DNA of 64,000 bases, from NCBI GenBank assembly GCA_002633005.1, contig NMRA01000036.1, positions 62,001 through 126,000 on the forward strand. Reading direction: 5' to 3'. The notes below the pieces were generated by a model, which did no database searches, was not told the DNA's origin, and saw only the letters and a list, made by a program, of their open reading frames with translations. The stretch's first letter is position 1. The number at the start of each line of letters is the position of its first letter. This DNA comes from Phoronis australis (Eukaryota; Animalia; Phoronida). The position numbers were made by a program, and so were the translations under genes. Below are positions 14,709 to 27,936 of this stretch, piece after piece.

Positions 14709-15286
14709 GTGAGGAATCTGCCAAGGGTACTGTGGCGTGGTCAAGGCTATTATTGATTTTGCCTGTGGCAGACGTCACTGTCTGTTTTTGTGCACTTTTG
14801 CTGATGTAGCATGTATGAGTGAGGAAACCATTTTAAAACCTTTTTTATTTTTGAAGGAATGCATTTAAATTATTATTATCCACGAAAACTATTTCTATTG
14901 TGTGCTCAGTTGAGTGCATTTTTGTGGTAATTTCAAAATGTATTAGATTGTGTTTTTGTACACTAGTCCTTAGTTTTGCAGTTTGTTGTCATTGTAATGT
15001 TATGAATAACTTGGTCTTTTCTGCTAATGACAATTGAACCTCTGGATGTTATGAGGGAATTTAATTTGGAATCAATTTAGAATTCCAGAACAACAAAATT
15101 TTAGAGCTTCAATCATCACTGTGTAAACGCTCTTTTGAAATTATATTACTGCAGTAGTGACTCGCTGAAAAGCCTAAAATGGCCATGTAATGGAGACTTT
15201 TGTATATCGCTTTTTAAAAAGCCCTTCCAACACGATTTGCCAAGCCCCTGTCCATTAAACATGTTTTGATGTTTATTTATTTTTAG

Positions 15287-15366
15287 GTTTAGCCCAGCAA
15301 ATCCCGTAGCCGTCAGGGCAGAAACTCCCAGTCAAGAATACGAGGCAGTCCAAATGCCTTGCGGGT
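15287..15366 (+). CDS. KATNIP: KATNIP exon ending at a U12-type donor
   Basis: ttttag acceptor. Encodes (R)FSPANPVAVRAETPSQEYEAVQMPCG, matching KATNIP 'YEAPLMPCG'. Followed by GTATCCTT. Phase 2 in, phase 1 out. Confidence 0.9.
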
Positions 15367-18300
15367 GTATCCTTAAGAGAAAATATTCAGTTGTGAATAA
15401 AATAGTTGCGGTGGGGTCTGTTGCAGAAGCCTTGTGGGGAAAACTGTTTCAATTTAGAAAACTATAAGGTAGACGCAAAATTTTGTTTTGTCAAAATTTC
15501 TCAACAGATGAGAGTTAAGTTTATGTAGAAGCTCACTTACTGGTCTGCGCATATAGCCAAATATGTATAAAACTCAGAAAAAGCATATATTTTCTGAAAG
15601 TAGAAATCCCGCAGAATTGGATTTTTGACTTTTGCCAATCTGCCATGAACATGTTTTTTAGTAAAATTTAGGAAAAAAGATACTAAGGTACACTGTTAGC
15701 AAAAGAACTGTATCAAAAAACGAGGGGCTATCAAAATAGCACTTATGATTTTTATGAAAAAAGTTGTGTCAAGTTTAAAACGAGACTATATTTAGGAAAC
15801 TATAACACCTTTTCTGAGATTTTATCTCGAACATTTATGTCGTACAAAATTCGCTCATATTATTGATGTTGTTGTTTTCCTGTTAATGTACCTTTTGTTA
15901 TGCGCCCACATATTTATATGTGGACGCATTATTTTTAAAAGGCATGGTCACGTGACCTAATGAATAACAGATTGGCATGAAGTCAAAAGTAAAATTCTAC
16001 TTTGAGAAACTGTATACTTTTGCTGAGTTAAATTGTACAGATTTGTAGATATTTATTTAACTACATGTACAGTCTTGTCAATAACAACTTTTATTACCTT
16101 ATTAAAAATTAGCCATTTTTTCAATATTTCACATATTATGTCTAGCACAATACCTTATCTTCATTCTCGGGGAACTTCAAATATGAAATATATACTGTGC
16201 AGCAAGAAAAAAGAGATTCAGCAGAACCACCTTGGATCACACAATCGCATGGAAATTTGTTTACTACTTATCTGAGGTCAAAGGTTACAGGGCTGTCACT
16301 CCAAGCCAAATCTCCCGCCAGGCGCAGAGCAGCTTCGTATGTACCCTCAGTCCTTTCATACACTGAGTCGCCACAATATTGCATCAATAACATGTACATA
16401 TGATAGCAAGATGCCGGAGAACACAAAGACAAAATGCTGCTTTGATCCTGAGAGAGTTGTGTGCCTGCATGCATTATATCCATTGAGAACGAATGCTACA
16501 AGTTGCCTCACGCTTCTTTGACTGTGTTCTCGATCACAGCAAGTTGTGAAAAGAGATTATCCTCACCCAAATTCCTTAATTTGGGTAATTTGACATTTCG
16601 CAGTTTCAATCTCATGCTCACGACATGCTTTAACCATCGACCCAATTTCTGCAATCCATTTCGAATTTGGTTTTCAGGTCAGTCTCCCAGCATGTGGTTT
16701 GTCTAACAATTAACTGTTGACCTACTTTAAAGTGGACCTTAATGTACCACCTTGACCCACTGGATGCATTGGCTCCCCCTGTGGTCTAGTTTGACTCAAT
16801 ACATTGGAAATCGACTAGGTTTGAATTTAACGTTTCTGTGATAATTATGTTAATTACGCACTGCAAATTCAGACGACACTGCACGTGAATGTTGAAATAA
16901 TGAATGCGGCTAAGAGGTGTTTAGGTTACATTGACCGAAAACTAGTTTTCACCGAATAATTAACCAAAGACCTTGAGACTTTTACCTCACGATTTAATTG
17001 GCATTTTCTCAGCTTTGGCAAATCGAGTTCTCGAAAAGGACTCGGTGGATTTTGGTAAAACTTTCCAAAATTGATATTTATTCATTAATCTCCAAAACAC
17101 TGTTAAGATTTTTGATATAAAGGCCTAGTTTTTGCATAATGTAACAAAGATGAATATGACTGCTATTTTTTACAAAAATTCCTTACCTTTTGCTAGTTGA
17201 TTTGTCATTAAAGCCAAATGAAAAGACTATTGAAAATTCTTAACAGCGTTTTTGAGGTAACTGGTGAAGTTTTCATTTAAAAAAGGTTTCATTAAAATCG
17301 ATCGAGGGGTTATTTTGCCATGAATGAATTTTTCTTAAAAATGAACTTTTGACTTAAAAAAGGTGTTAACGTAATAACAATAATGGTACCTGAATATAAA
17401 ACATATTTTTATATTCCCTGGTCGTTTTTCTTTCAGAAAATTTATACTTTTAGCAGTTGACAAAGCTTAGTTTTTTTGATATACGAGTTAGAATGGAGGC
17501 CACTAAATAAGGTTTGAGATAAATTTTAATTAACAAAGTTGTTGCTGTGGCCATGTCCAGTGTAGCTTGCAGGTGGCTTGTGAAGAGCCAAGTATTCATA
17601 AAAGCTAGCCAGATCTTGCATTCAATCTTGTGTGGTCTTGCCATTCTTGGTTTAGTAAACGCACACCCTGTATTTGTACAGTTCTGTTGCCCTTGTGCTG
17701 GTAATAGTTGGATGTTATGTGCCCCAATTTTGAGAACCGGTTTTCTCCACTGAGTAATGGGCATCAAACTGGTACTTAAAATGTAGGTACGATCCGGTTG
17801 ATGGAAATTCTAAGTAACAGAATTGATGACGTAGGTTCTAAGCCCACCTAACATTAACCTTGTATTTTAGTTTGGGTTTGTTTGTCTTGTCTTTGAGTAT
17901 GGCATTTTTTCTTCCACTTTGGATCAAGTTGAAGGCGTTAGCCTAAACAAGAATAGTTTACAGGAATTTTTTTGGCGGGACAGGTCAACTGGAACTGCAC
18001 TGAAGTTAGTTTGTTTGGACACCGGTTTCTCGTTTTTTCATGCTCCATTGAAGGTGGAATGTTATATTTTTGAAAACTAGTTGGTGTGGCTGTAGTGATA
18101 ATAGCCACAAATGATCTGTTTACAAGGTCTGTGTTCCATCAGTATGATGTTAAGATAGCAACTATGGCGTTATATTTTTTAAAATGTCTACTGACACATA
18201 GGTCTATTTATGGACAATGATTTTTTAAGTTTCTAAAGAATTTCTATGGTTTGAATTTATTGAACTAGAGTAACATGATGCCCAGGTAACAACTGCTACA

Positions 18301-19385
18301 TTCAGAAAATTTGCATGTGGTGACACATAGCTCTTTTTATAGAGAAACTATTAAATTTTTTAAGATATAGTGAGATAGAGAAACAAAATGTGCATAGTGT
18401 CACGTGCAGATCTTGTTAGTCTGTGTACTTTCAACTGGTGTGCACAAATGTTTTGGTAAACCATTGCTATAATAAATTCAAGTGCCCTGAGCCAACATTT
18501 TTGAGACTCTCGCTGACTTCAAATTAATTTGCTATATTTTTATTTTGAGAGTGCTTGTGCAGCATAATGGATACTAAAATGCATGTCATTCTGCATGGTA
18601 TTTTCTGTCTTTCTAATCATCCTGTATTTGATCCAATGATTGTTTGTAAATACAAAACAGAGATATGGTAAGGTAAGTTAAGTGTGGCATGATATTAACA
18701 GAGTAAGTAGTAAGTAAAGCCAAATGAAAGGTAACCACTAATGACCAGTGCATCACAGTGCTGACTGGACATTGGTCAACTGGCCCACAGTAGGTGCCCT
18801 TGTCCATTTTCACTGCTGCTCTTTATTGAAGGCTGTTTGTGAAAACATTTGACCATGTACCTATCTTTCTCTCTCTTCCCAGTTGTTGTGTGTTTAACCT
18901 TTCTTTCACATGCTCATTTTGTAAACTGTTAGCGTTTAAATACCATTTTAAATGCCATATTTCTGTTACTAATTTACTCATTAATTCTATTTGCTCTTCT
19001 TATGTTGCTATGCTGATACGAAGTACTTCCCATTTGATGCCAATGTTTAAGTTGCAGATAAATCTGGCTGCAAAAAAAGTTGTACACTGGTTTTCAACAA
19101 CGCCATCATGTTTTTGCTTGTTGCGTTATCTCAACTAATCTCGAACATGGTTTCGAATGCTATTCAACATCTTGAGTTGCCTGGTACAGTAAGATTGATT
19201 ATGCAACCCTGCCAATTGAGTTTTTTACCGGCAGGGAAACCTGATACATAACCTGTTAGCTAGAAATTTAGGTATTTCATCTCCTGCGAGCGAGCGATTT
19301 CCCACAATCCATTGCACACCTTCCTCTGTCTCTAAATTTCAGTGGCGTATGTAAATGGGCCATTCTTGAAATCTATGAAATGAGG

Positions 19386-19511
19386 CTTGAACAGCATAGC
19401 ATGGATCTCATCTGGCTAGACCAGCCACTCAAGTTGAGTTGCTGTACCTTGAACAGCATAGCATGGATCTCATCTGGCTAGACCAGCCACTCAAGTTGAG
19501 TTGCTGTACCT
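19386..19511. repeat. 62-bp exact tandem duplication
   Basis: CTTGAACAGCATAGCATGGATCTCATCTGGCTAGACCAGCCACTCAAGTTGAGTTGCTGTAC x2. Confidence 0.92.
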
Positions 19512-21368
19512 AACTAAGGAATTTTTGTTCCATTTAATGTATCTGTGATCCCGAATAAGTTATCAGGTTTTAATCTGATAGCTTATTTGAGTCTTAGAAG
19601 ATTGTAATCAGTTCGTGCTGGTAGTCAGTTATTGAAACGCAGGGACAGTTGCGCAGGACTACGTTCTCGAGATCATTGAGTTGCCATGGTTTGTAGCATA
19701 GAGCTTGAACACACCTCTAAAAATTAGCAACCAATGTTTAATCACATTTAATCATCTACAAACACCATTACCTTACAGTGCAGTTAGTGATAGTCTTCCC
19801 TCTTCCAGTTCTTATCACAAATAGATTGAAAAACTCCCAAAACCTTGTCCAGAGATGATATTTTAACTACAATATAGTGAATTATACATTGGAAATTTGT
19901 TTTGGAACGACTTAGTTTCACTTTGTGCTAGTGATTAGAATGTAAACAATCTTGTGCTGTTCAATACATTGTAGCAGGGAGAAATTATTTGTTAACTGCG
20001 CATTAAGAATGGTCTATTATGTGCCCAGGTTTTGTTGTAATTAGCTTGGAAAAATATCAGATGTTCAACTCATTAAGGGGTTTATCTGCAACCGGTACCT
20101 CACCAGTGATGGACCACGATGCTCTATAGGCCTAATGTGCATTACAAAAACCTATGTGGTTTCAACTCTGGGCAACAACAGTTTCTTAATCAAGGCTAAA
20201 TCCAGATATCACTCTAGTCCATTGTTAAGCATTTGCATGCACTTTTGTTGAGCATCGCAACTCGCGGGCCATTTATCCACCACGGTTCCAAAAGTTACTA
20301 CAACCATTCATCAAGCAGTACCAACTAAAATCTAGCGCATTTATTTTGGCTCAATTCTTATCGTGTTTCTTCGGATTAAAATGATTCTAACCTAACTTTT
20401 TATGTCAAATAATTCAATTTCAGAAACCAAACAGTTCAAAAAGTCACTAGGTTTAGTCTGTCAGTTTAGTTAAGCCGGTGTTTTATTGTTGTGAAATATT
20501 GCCAATGTGGTAATTAAGGTACCCCAAACGGTAGGATCTTGAATGAGATTACCTGATAGTCATGCCTCTTAACAACAGCAGGACTTCAGTGTAAGAATCT
20601 GTTGATGAAGTACAAGGTGCCGCAAAAAGGACCTAGTTTCTAATAATTCAATTTTGTCCAAGGTCACCTAAGGTCACTGTTGTGTAACTCATGCGCTTCT
20701 CTCTTCTGCACAGAGAGTAAACAAAATGGCCGTCACTGACAATGTTTGTGTAGCTACATACTCAAAAGTGTTGAATTACGGTAGAAAATGGTAGAAGATG
20801 GTATGCCAGCGATGCACTTTACCTGCGTTAGGTCACTCTAAAGTCTCGTTTTCTTGTCGGCGTTATGTTACTGAAGTGTAGCTAAGTAGTTGCGTATCAG
20901 TAATAAGAAACTCCAGGGATGCGCGTGTTTACCTCATTATGATGTTCCTAGTGTTAACCCATGAGACACTAAAAGGAGCATTTGACATTTAGATGGGTTT
21001 ACCTGGCCCTACTTCTCTACATTAAAGAAGTGTAGCATTACTCCAATTGTTGTTTGTTATTTGTGAACCAGTGTTTGTTTATCAGTTACCGGAACGGTAT
21101 ATTTTACGTGTACATGTTGATTCACACGTTTCAGTTTGCTAATCGCCGCTGGTGCATCAGTGGTTCAGAAGTATTACTTATAGAAATGCATGCAGTTAGC
21201 GTTGTCACATGCTATGTTATTGTGATCAACCAGCTCGAGTAGATAGAATGCCCACTTGGGTCAGTACAAACAGCGCGAGGGAGTAATTGCCTAGAAATCA
21301 AATCGTATATAAAGGTGTTCCAGTGTGTAGTATTTGAAGTCCCCGAGTTAGCGACACTAACATTTCGT

Positions 21369-21449
21369 GCTATGGTCTGATATCACATGAACAACGCTAT
21401 GGTCTGATATCACATGAACAACGCTATGGTCTGATATCACATGAACAAC
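21369..21449. repeat. 27-bp tandem repeat x3
   Basis: GCTATGGTCTGATATCACATGAACAAC x3, plus a degenerate fourth copy. Confidence 0.92.
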
Positions 21450-22789
21450 CCTATGCTCTGCCTCATGTGAACTGCTTTCTGCTCTCATTTTATGGTTGTT
21501 AAAAAGGTTAACCTTTATGTTTGAGCACCACCTAGTGAATGTCAAGTCTCATTAAGGTTATGTTAGGACATTTGACAAGTTTGTATTTACCCACATATCT
21601 AAATGCTATAGATTTTTTAACTATAAAACTATATATTTTCTGAAGGTAGAGACCCTGTAGAGTTTGATTTTTTACTTTTTGCTAATCGCCCATACGTAAG
21701 TGAGTCATGTGACTTCATGTTTTTAGTAAAAATCAAAAAAGAGAGGCACATTCATGCCAAAACAATGCTATCTATAAGGATATCCAATTTTTCTATATAA
21801 ATATTCAAGACGAAATCTCAAGAGCTACTTTACAGTTTTCTGAATTATTTTTTCAATGCAACTTTTGAGTTTTTTCACGAAAATCACACAGATTGAAGTT
21901 CTGTTCTGGTAGCCCCTCATGCAAAAGTGCAAAGTTTGAAAAACAATTTCTGACAGAGTGTTGGAGAGTGGTGCATAAAGCTTACTGTATGAAAGTTTGA
22001 TATTGAACCGATCACCTATTTCTATTTAGATGTGCTGTTCTGAGTGACATTTTTTTGTATAATCTTCAAACAATGGTGTCTGTGTACAAGTGATGTTAAA
22101 GTTATTTTTTTATCATCTATCGTGTCAAACAAACATCGAGTGCTGTTAATATTTGGCAATTATTTCTGATGAAAAAATATTTCAACTCCTGTAATAAGAC
22201 GCCCGAGTTACATCTACAAAATTCTCTGGGAGTTCTCTGTGGTTAGGGTGAATCTCAGGACTCAACTGGCATTTATTTCTCCTTAAAAGTTGTAAAGTTT
22301 GACCCCTAATGGTGAACTGCTGCTTGAAGCACTACGGAAAACCTCACCAATTTCGGACGAAAATAATTGCCAAATTTGCTCTTTTTTCATTTTTCAAGTG
22401 CTTCTAACATTGTCGACAATTTTCTAAATATTGTCTGCTGGTAGCTACGGTAAAGAAGTTAATATGGAAAAGCATTAACGTGGTGCTACTTATTATTGAT
22501 GGAAAAAATAAAATTTCATGCACATGCCATAATGTATCCTGAGTTAGTGAGAGTTTAGTGTACTCTTTGATGAATGTCTACTCAAGCCAATTATATCAAT
22601 TTTGGGTCGTTATTTAATTTCAAGAAAAAAAATTGAATTCAGAGGCTGGTATAAGTTCTGCTTTTTATAGTTTTTGCTACAAGTGCTGACAGTGCTGTGT
22701 ATAATGTTGTTGCTTTAATTTCACACTGGGCTGTGCAATGTTTTCATTAGCCATGCTGTGTGATGGTTTTCTTTAACTGTATTAACCAG

Positions 22790-22900
22790 TCATATTTCAG
22801 TTCCAACTTCTGTCAACAGTTGGCGATACTTACTACGTGGGCCTTAATGGGCTGGAGTTCTATGATCAACATGGACACAAGATGCATCTGCTGGAAAACA
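22790..22900 (+). CDS. KATNIP: KATNIP exon following the U12 intron
   Basis: TTCTTTAAC branch site, then CCAG acceptor. Encodes (F)IFQFQLLSTVGDTYYVGLNGLEFYDQHGHKMHLLEN. A|GTGAGA donor; phase 1 to 1. Confidence 0.92.
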
Positions 22901-23855
22901 GTGAGATATTTCCTGATGCATTCAACATACTCTTTTGAGTAAAGCAGTGTCACAATTCTTTAGTTTTGGACGGTTTCTTAAAGTTTCAAAATTTAAGCCG
23001 AATTTGAATTTTCTTTATTCTGAAGATTGGGACATGGGCGATTTAGGCATTCATCCAGTTCAGTCTCAAATATTGAACACTGCGTTTTGTTCAGAAAATT
23101 ATTGAAAACAGTTACCCATGCACCGTGTACAATATCTCCATAGCACGTTACATCGGTCAATATTGTGTATTTTTAAAAATAAAAATGCTTTACAATATCA
23201 GACCTTTAGCAAAGCTAGGAACCAATATTGGTGAATTTTTTGCAGCATCATTCAGCCACATATTTTGCCACAGTTAAGTTTAAGTGTAAGTGTTACAACG
23301 AAGAGGAAGACGTTCATTGTAAAAACATTGTGTTACACTTGATTGAATATAAACCGTCTTCAAGTGAGTACAGGTAAACCATTGAGTGTTCAGACAGGAT
23401 GTCAATTGTACCACAATGCACTAGAGAATACAAATAATAGATTACTATAGCCCGAGGTTGAAAAAGTTCTGGTTTGCATTCAGCGAATGGTCTGCCCGGT
23501 GTTCCTTTATCATGTCAATGGTTCTTTGATGAATAGTTTTCCCTGAAGAAATTAGGCAGTAAATGTTTTTGGTCAATCTACCATATCATGTTCAGTAATT
23601 AGGTTTCATTGTCGATCAAGTGGTGAACTGATAATGTATCAGTCTTGGATTTTCTGTATACACTTTGTAATATATGGTTCGTACGCTTGTAAATAAATCG
23701 ATAAACATAATTGGTTTAACTTTAAACAATGAAATATTCCTTTTCGGTCAATTTATAGTTTTTTTTAATCCTTAATCGAAATTATAGTCATTATTATTAC
23801 TGTTATGATAATTGTAAGCCTAGCAGCATTGCAAGCATTTCCTTTCTATTTGCAG

Positions 23856-23995
23856 ACATCGCGGCCTACCCGGATAGTGTGAATGTACTGGAAGACGTAT
23901 CGCATGATGTCCGTACCCCAGACAAGTTGATAGATGGTGTTAACGACACTACAGATGGAAGCCACATGTGGCTTGCGCCCATACTTCCACACATT
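23856..23995 (+). CDS. KATNIP: KATNIP exon
   Basis: tttgcag acceptor and GTGAGT donor. Encodes (N)IAAYPDSVNVLEDVSHDVRTPDKLIDGVNDTTDGSHMWLAPILPHI, containing the KATNIP motif DVRTPDKLID..ND..DG.HMWLAP. Confidence 0.95.
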
Positions 23996-25925
23996 GTGAG
24001 TCCAGGGGTCTGTTTTATGAAAAGTGACTTTCGGCAGAAATTTGGTCTTACACTCCCTCTTCGCAATTTCTTAATAAAGGTTTTGTCTAACAATTATGAG
24101 TGCATCACAATCTAGAAATAATTCATACAAATTATTTCAGTAACTAAAAGTTATGGGTATATTATCAGACACTTTGAATTTTTGGTAAAGGGATTTTTTG
24201 TTTTTTTAAAATTAGTTTTGTGGAATGTAAGACCAAATTTATGACTTGAGTCTCAAGTCACAACGCTGACTTGACAGTTTATATCATTCCACAAACTATA
24301 CATCCTCTACAGGTGCACGAAACCAAAGTTTTGTGTCCTGCTTAATTGTAAAGGACATGTCACTGATATTTGTTAAATACTCGAGGGGAAAGTATACAAT
24401 AAGTCATGCTAAGCTGGTAAGCATATAAGAAGATTTGATCAACAAAATTTTGCGCCCAATGTCCACACAGGACCTGACAATGCACAGCTTACAAGGAATA
24501 TGTGGTTTGACGGACATCCGTAGAAAACTATTTTCTGTGTTTATAAACGGTAACCACTTAAGCATATTTTCTCTATCTAAATGTGGTAAATGTTTGAAAG
24601 CTCGTTTTCATGCGCCCACAAATATATAAAATGCGGTAGCATATTTTCATGCTGTCTGGGTGTCCGCTCAATATGTCCGAAACATCTGGTCGGATTTTGA
24701 TGTTATTTGGCACAAGTGTGAAGGGCATCGTTTAGAATAGCGTGTGACGTCATGATGTCAGCACATGTCAATTTTTTGGCAATTTTGATTATTGTCACGC
24801 CCTCTAGTTGCCATTTTGTTTGGTTGTCCAGTTGTCTGGCCAATATCTCAAAGACCCCTAGGGAAGTTGTATTTTGATGAAATTTTGCACGAGGGGTAGG
24901 GTATGGCTAAAGCATTGCATGCCTCTTTTCAGTCTGCCCCTCTCCCTTTACCAGGGGTGGGGTTTTTCAGGATTATTTAGGGGAAAGTGTTTCCAGATGA
25001 TTTCCAGAGAAGCGAGTCACAGATTCCAATGAAACGCAGGGATATGTGATGGCAATGCTCTGTCACAAGTCAATTTGTGGGCAAATTAAACTTTTGCAGT
25101 GCCCCTTAGTGGCCATTTTGGTCTTTATAAGCAGATTTTTATTTGATATCTTATAAGAAGAACAATTTACAACAGACTTAATAAAACTTTGACGCAGAGA
25201 TATGCGATGGCAATGCGCTGATACCAGCTCATTTTACAGCTGCAGCCCCCCCTAGTGGCTGCTCCATTTTGTGAAAGCTACCAGTTTTGAGTAGTGCTGC
25301 ATCCATTGTGCCATTTTGTGTTTTTGTATCTGCCAGAACCTATTAGTGTTCTTATCAAAAGATGTTAGCTAGGCCAGCTAATTTTAGGATGCTTTGTGCT
25401 GTGTCCATTTGTGACATGTTTAAAACTATTTACTTGACGTTAGCTGTTAAAGTTGGGAGTACCAATGCCTTTTGTCAATTTTGACTATACGTAGCTTCGC
25501 TTTGTGGTCCAATTGCTGTATCCTTGTACCTTACATGAAACTGATAAGCACTGTGGTTGTACATCAACGCTTTGTGTCGCTCTTGTTCTAGTTATTTACC
25601 TTTGAAGCGTATTTTGAGAACCAGTTTTATCTATTTAGTGATGGGCATTAAACTGGTTCTCGAATGTGGGCACATTACATCTGATTATTGTCACTTTGTG
25701 CTGTTCACAACAATATTGTGCCATTGTTGCCAAGCACACTCACATGTGAACACTGACTAAAATAAAATAGCTGTATACATTGTCTGCAGGTTAACTTCGA
25801 ATGCATGTTCGTAGTGATGTCACACTTTTTCTCGTACGATTTTTGTGTTCGAATATTAAGAAACTTGTGATGAATTAATGTCAGTACGTTTTATTGCCTT
25901 TCACTGAGTAATTTTTGGTTTTCAG

Positions 25926-26027
25926 TTAAACCGAGTGTTCATCGTATTTGATCAGCCCGTCACAGTTTCAATGATCAAACTGTGGAACTACAGTAAAACC
26001 CCGAGTCGGGGGGTGAAGGATTTTGCA
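25926..26027 (+). CDS. KATNIP: KATNIP exon
   Basis: tttcag acceptor and GTAAGT donor. Encodes LNRVFIVFDQPVTVSMIKLWNYSKTPSRGVKDFA (KATNIP WNYxKTPxRGVK motif). Confidence 0.95.
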
Positions 26028-26696
26028 GTAAGTTACCTAGATGTATGGTGTGCAATCAGAGACACCTTTGAAATTGAAACTTGATATTTAGTTTGTTTAA
26101 ACTTTTTTATATGACTTCTGAATCAATGAATCCAGTGATTTCCTAGTGGACCTTGTGGGAAGTATTAAAATTACTTTGTGTTGGTTTGGAAATATTTTTA
26201 CAAGGATTTTAAGTATTATAAAACTTCTTCAATTTGGAACACAAGTTATAATTCAAAACTTCTGAAAACTCAGTTTTTATGAATTTGCCGGGTCCTTCTA
26301 CAACTGGATGATGGCTGGCCAATTTTAGTCAGGAAAATTTGGTGACTGCCTTAAGTTTGTAGATGTCAGTGGTCTAGATTGATTTTTTAGTTTTAGGCTG
26401 CCAATCAGAAGGTAGTCGGACTAGTATAATGGTAAAATGTCACCAATTGGTGTACAAGTGAAGTTTTATAAAATCTGTAAAAGGTAAGTGAAAGTATTCT
26501 GTAATGGTTTGCCAATTATGAGTCATTTGAAGAATGAAAAACGTCAATTTTGACAATTATTTTTGTCTGAAATTCGTGAGATTATATCAGCACCATTGTC
26601 CCCTTGATTTTGGAAGCAAATGTCTACTTTTTAGTTCTGGTTACTTAGTTTCATACTTTGACATGTTGAGCAGTGGCATATTTTTATTCTTTTCAG

Positions 26697-26857
26697 TTGT
26701 TGGTTGATGATTTACTCGTGTACAACGGCACTCTGGGGCCAGTGCAGAGGGTTGCCAGAGGGATCTTGCCCACTTGTGATGCCCCCCAGGGTTATCATAC
26801 GATCCTCTTCACAAATGACTGCAACATCATCAGCAAGGAGAAACACACCATCATTAG
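26697..26857 (+). CDS. KATNIP: KATNIP exon
   Basis: ttttcag acceptor and AG|GTTTGA donor. Encodes LLVDDLLVYNGTLGPVQRVARGILPTCDAPQGYHTILFTNDCNIISKEKHTII. Confidence 0.94.
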
Positions 26858-27389
26858 GTTTGAGGATTTTGCTTTACTAGCCATGTATAGGCAGTGCAAA
26901 AAAATGTTGAGCTCACATGCTGTTTCCAATAGGTGGCGCTTGCAGTAGTTTAATGGCTCTTTGTATTCTGTAGTTTTCACATTTGATTACCATGTCTAGA
27001 TAACTGAAATGTAAACAATGCTAAGCAATGTTTGGGTTTCAGGCACACTTTCGTTATCAACCACTACGAGTTCAAGCGATGTCAACAGTTGTTCTGTAGA
27101 CATTTATGGATGAAAGCAAAATACTTGAATTATGTAATTCTTAAACCGGCCATATACAGTATATCGCAAACATTTTAACTCTGGTCAGCATGCCACCTGT
27201 TGGGGTAGAAGTCTTTTCAGACTTATAGGTCATGTGATGTGGCCATAGGTGGCGTGCTGACCAGACTTAAAAATGTCTACAATATACATTCCCAATGCGG
27301 TTTAAGAATTACATATTTACATACGCCCAGGAGTTCAAGGGTGAGATTCCCACTACTAAATCTGATTGGATTTCTGTATTTGACCGGTG

Positions 27390-27515
27390 GTCCGATGGCT
27401 CAGTAGATGAGAACGTCTCCGTAGTTAGCAGAAGGCCCTGGGTTCGAGACCCAGATGGGACAGAAATCTTTTCAGACTTATATTCATTTAGTCACGTGAT
27501 GTGGCCACAGGTGGC
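27390..27515 (+). mobile_element. tRNA-like SINE head or pseudo-tRNA in a KATNIP intron
   Basis: A-box TGGCTCAGTAG, perfect T-arm CTGGG-TTCGAGA-CCCAG, imperfect acceptor stem, non-canonical anticodon arm. Its tail is duplicated at about 27208-27255. Confidence 0.6.
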
Positions 27516-27829
27516 TTGGTTATCGTGGGTGAGTTTAAACTGGAATGAAGGGATTTTCAAGTTAAAAATAACGCCTGTGATCTCCATTGTGATAACCACA
27601 GAATAAAAGTCAGGCAGCGTTAACTTGCACTACCCGGTTTTTGGGATGCCTCAGAAAATTAAATTTAAAACATTCAAGTCAAGCCATTGTGTGAAACAGG
27701 GTGTTCCAAGGTAATAGACATTTAAAAGCAGTAGGCAATAGCTTTAATTGTGGATTACTCCAGGAAGCACAATCGTGCATAAACATTTTTTTCCAATTCT
27801 CTCATTATAAAGATCTGTTGTATTTTCAG

Positions 27830-27936
27830 CAACCAAGTTACGGAGGGACAAGATATTATGCTTACCAATGACCAGCGCGTGGTCACTCAGTACACTGACC
27901 CCAAGGCAGCCCAGTCCAAGAAACCTGTCAATCAAG
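27830..27936 (+). CDS. KATNIP: KATNIP penultimate coding exon
   Basis: ttttcag acceptor and G|GTAACC donor. Encodes (S)NQVTEGQDIMLTNDQRVVTQYTDPKAAQSKKPVNQ; phase is consistent with both neighbours. Confidence 0.88.

Larger units (their letters stand above)
15367..22789 (+). other. U12-type (minor spliceosome) GT-AG intron of KATNIP
   Basis: 5' end is GTATCCTT (U12 consensus). TTCTTTAAC branch site at 22769-22777 lies 12 nt before the intron end. No polypyrimidine tract. Splicing here restores MPCG-F-IFQFQLL. Confidence 0.9.

Noticed and set aside
21357-21545. ORF with VVHVISDHS repeats, or a CRISPR-like array
   Set aside because: A head-to-tail 27-bp tandem repeat with no spacers, inside a eukaryotic intron.
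27390-27462. Functional tRNA gene
   Set aside because: Mismatched acceptor and anticodon stems and a non-canonical anticodon loop; treated as SINE or pseudo-tRNA. The same applies to the element at 10952.
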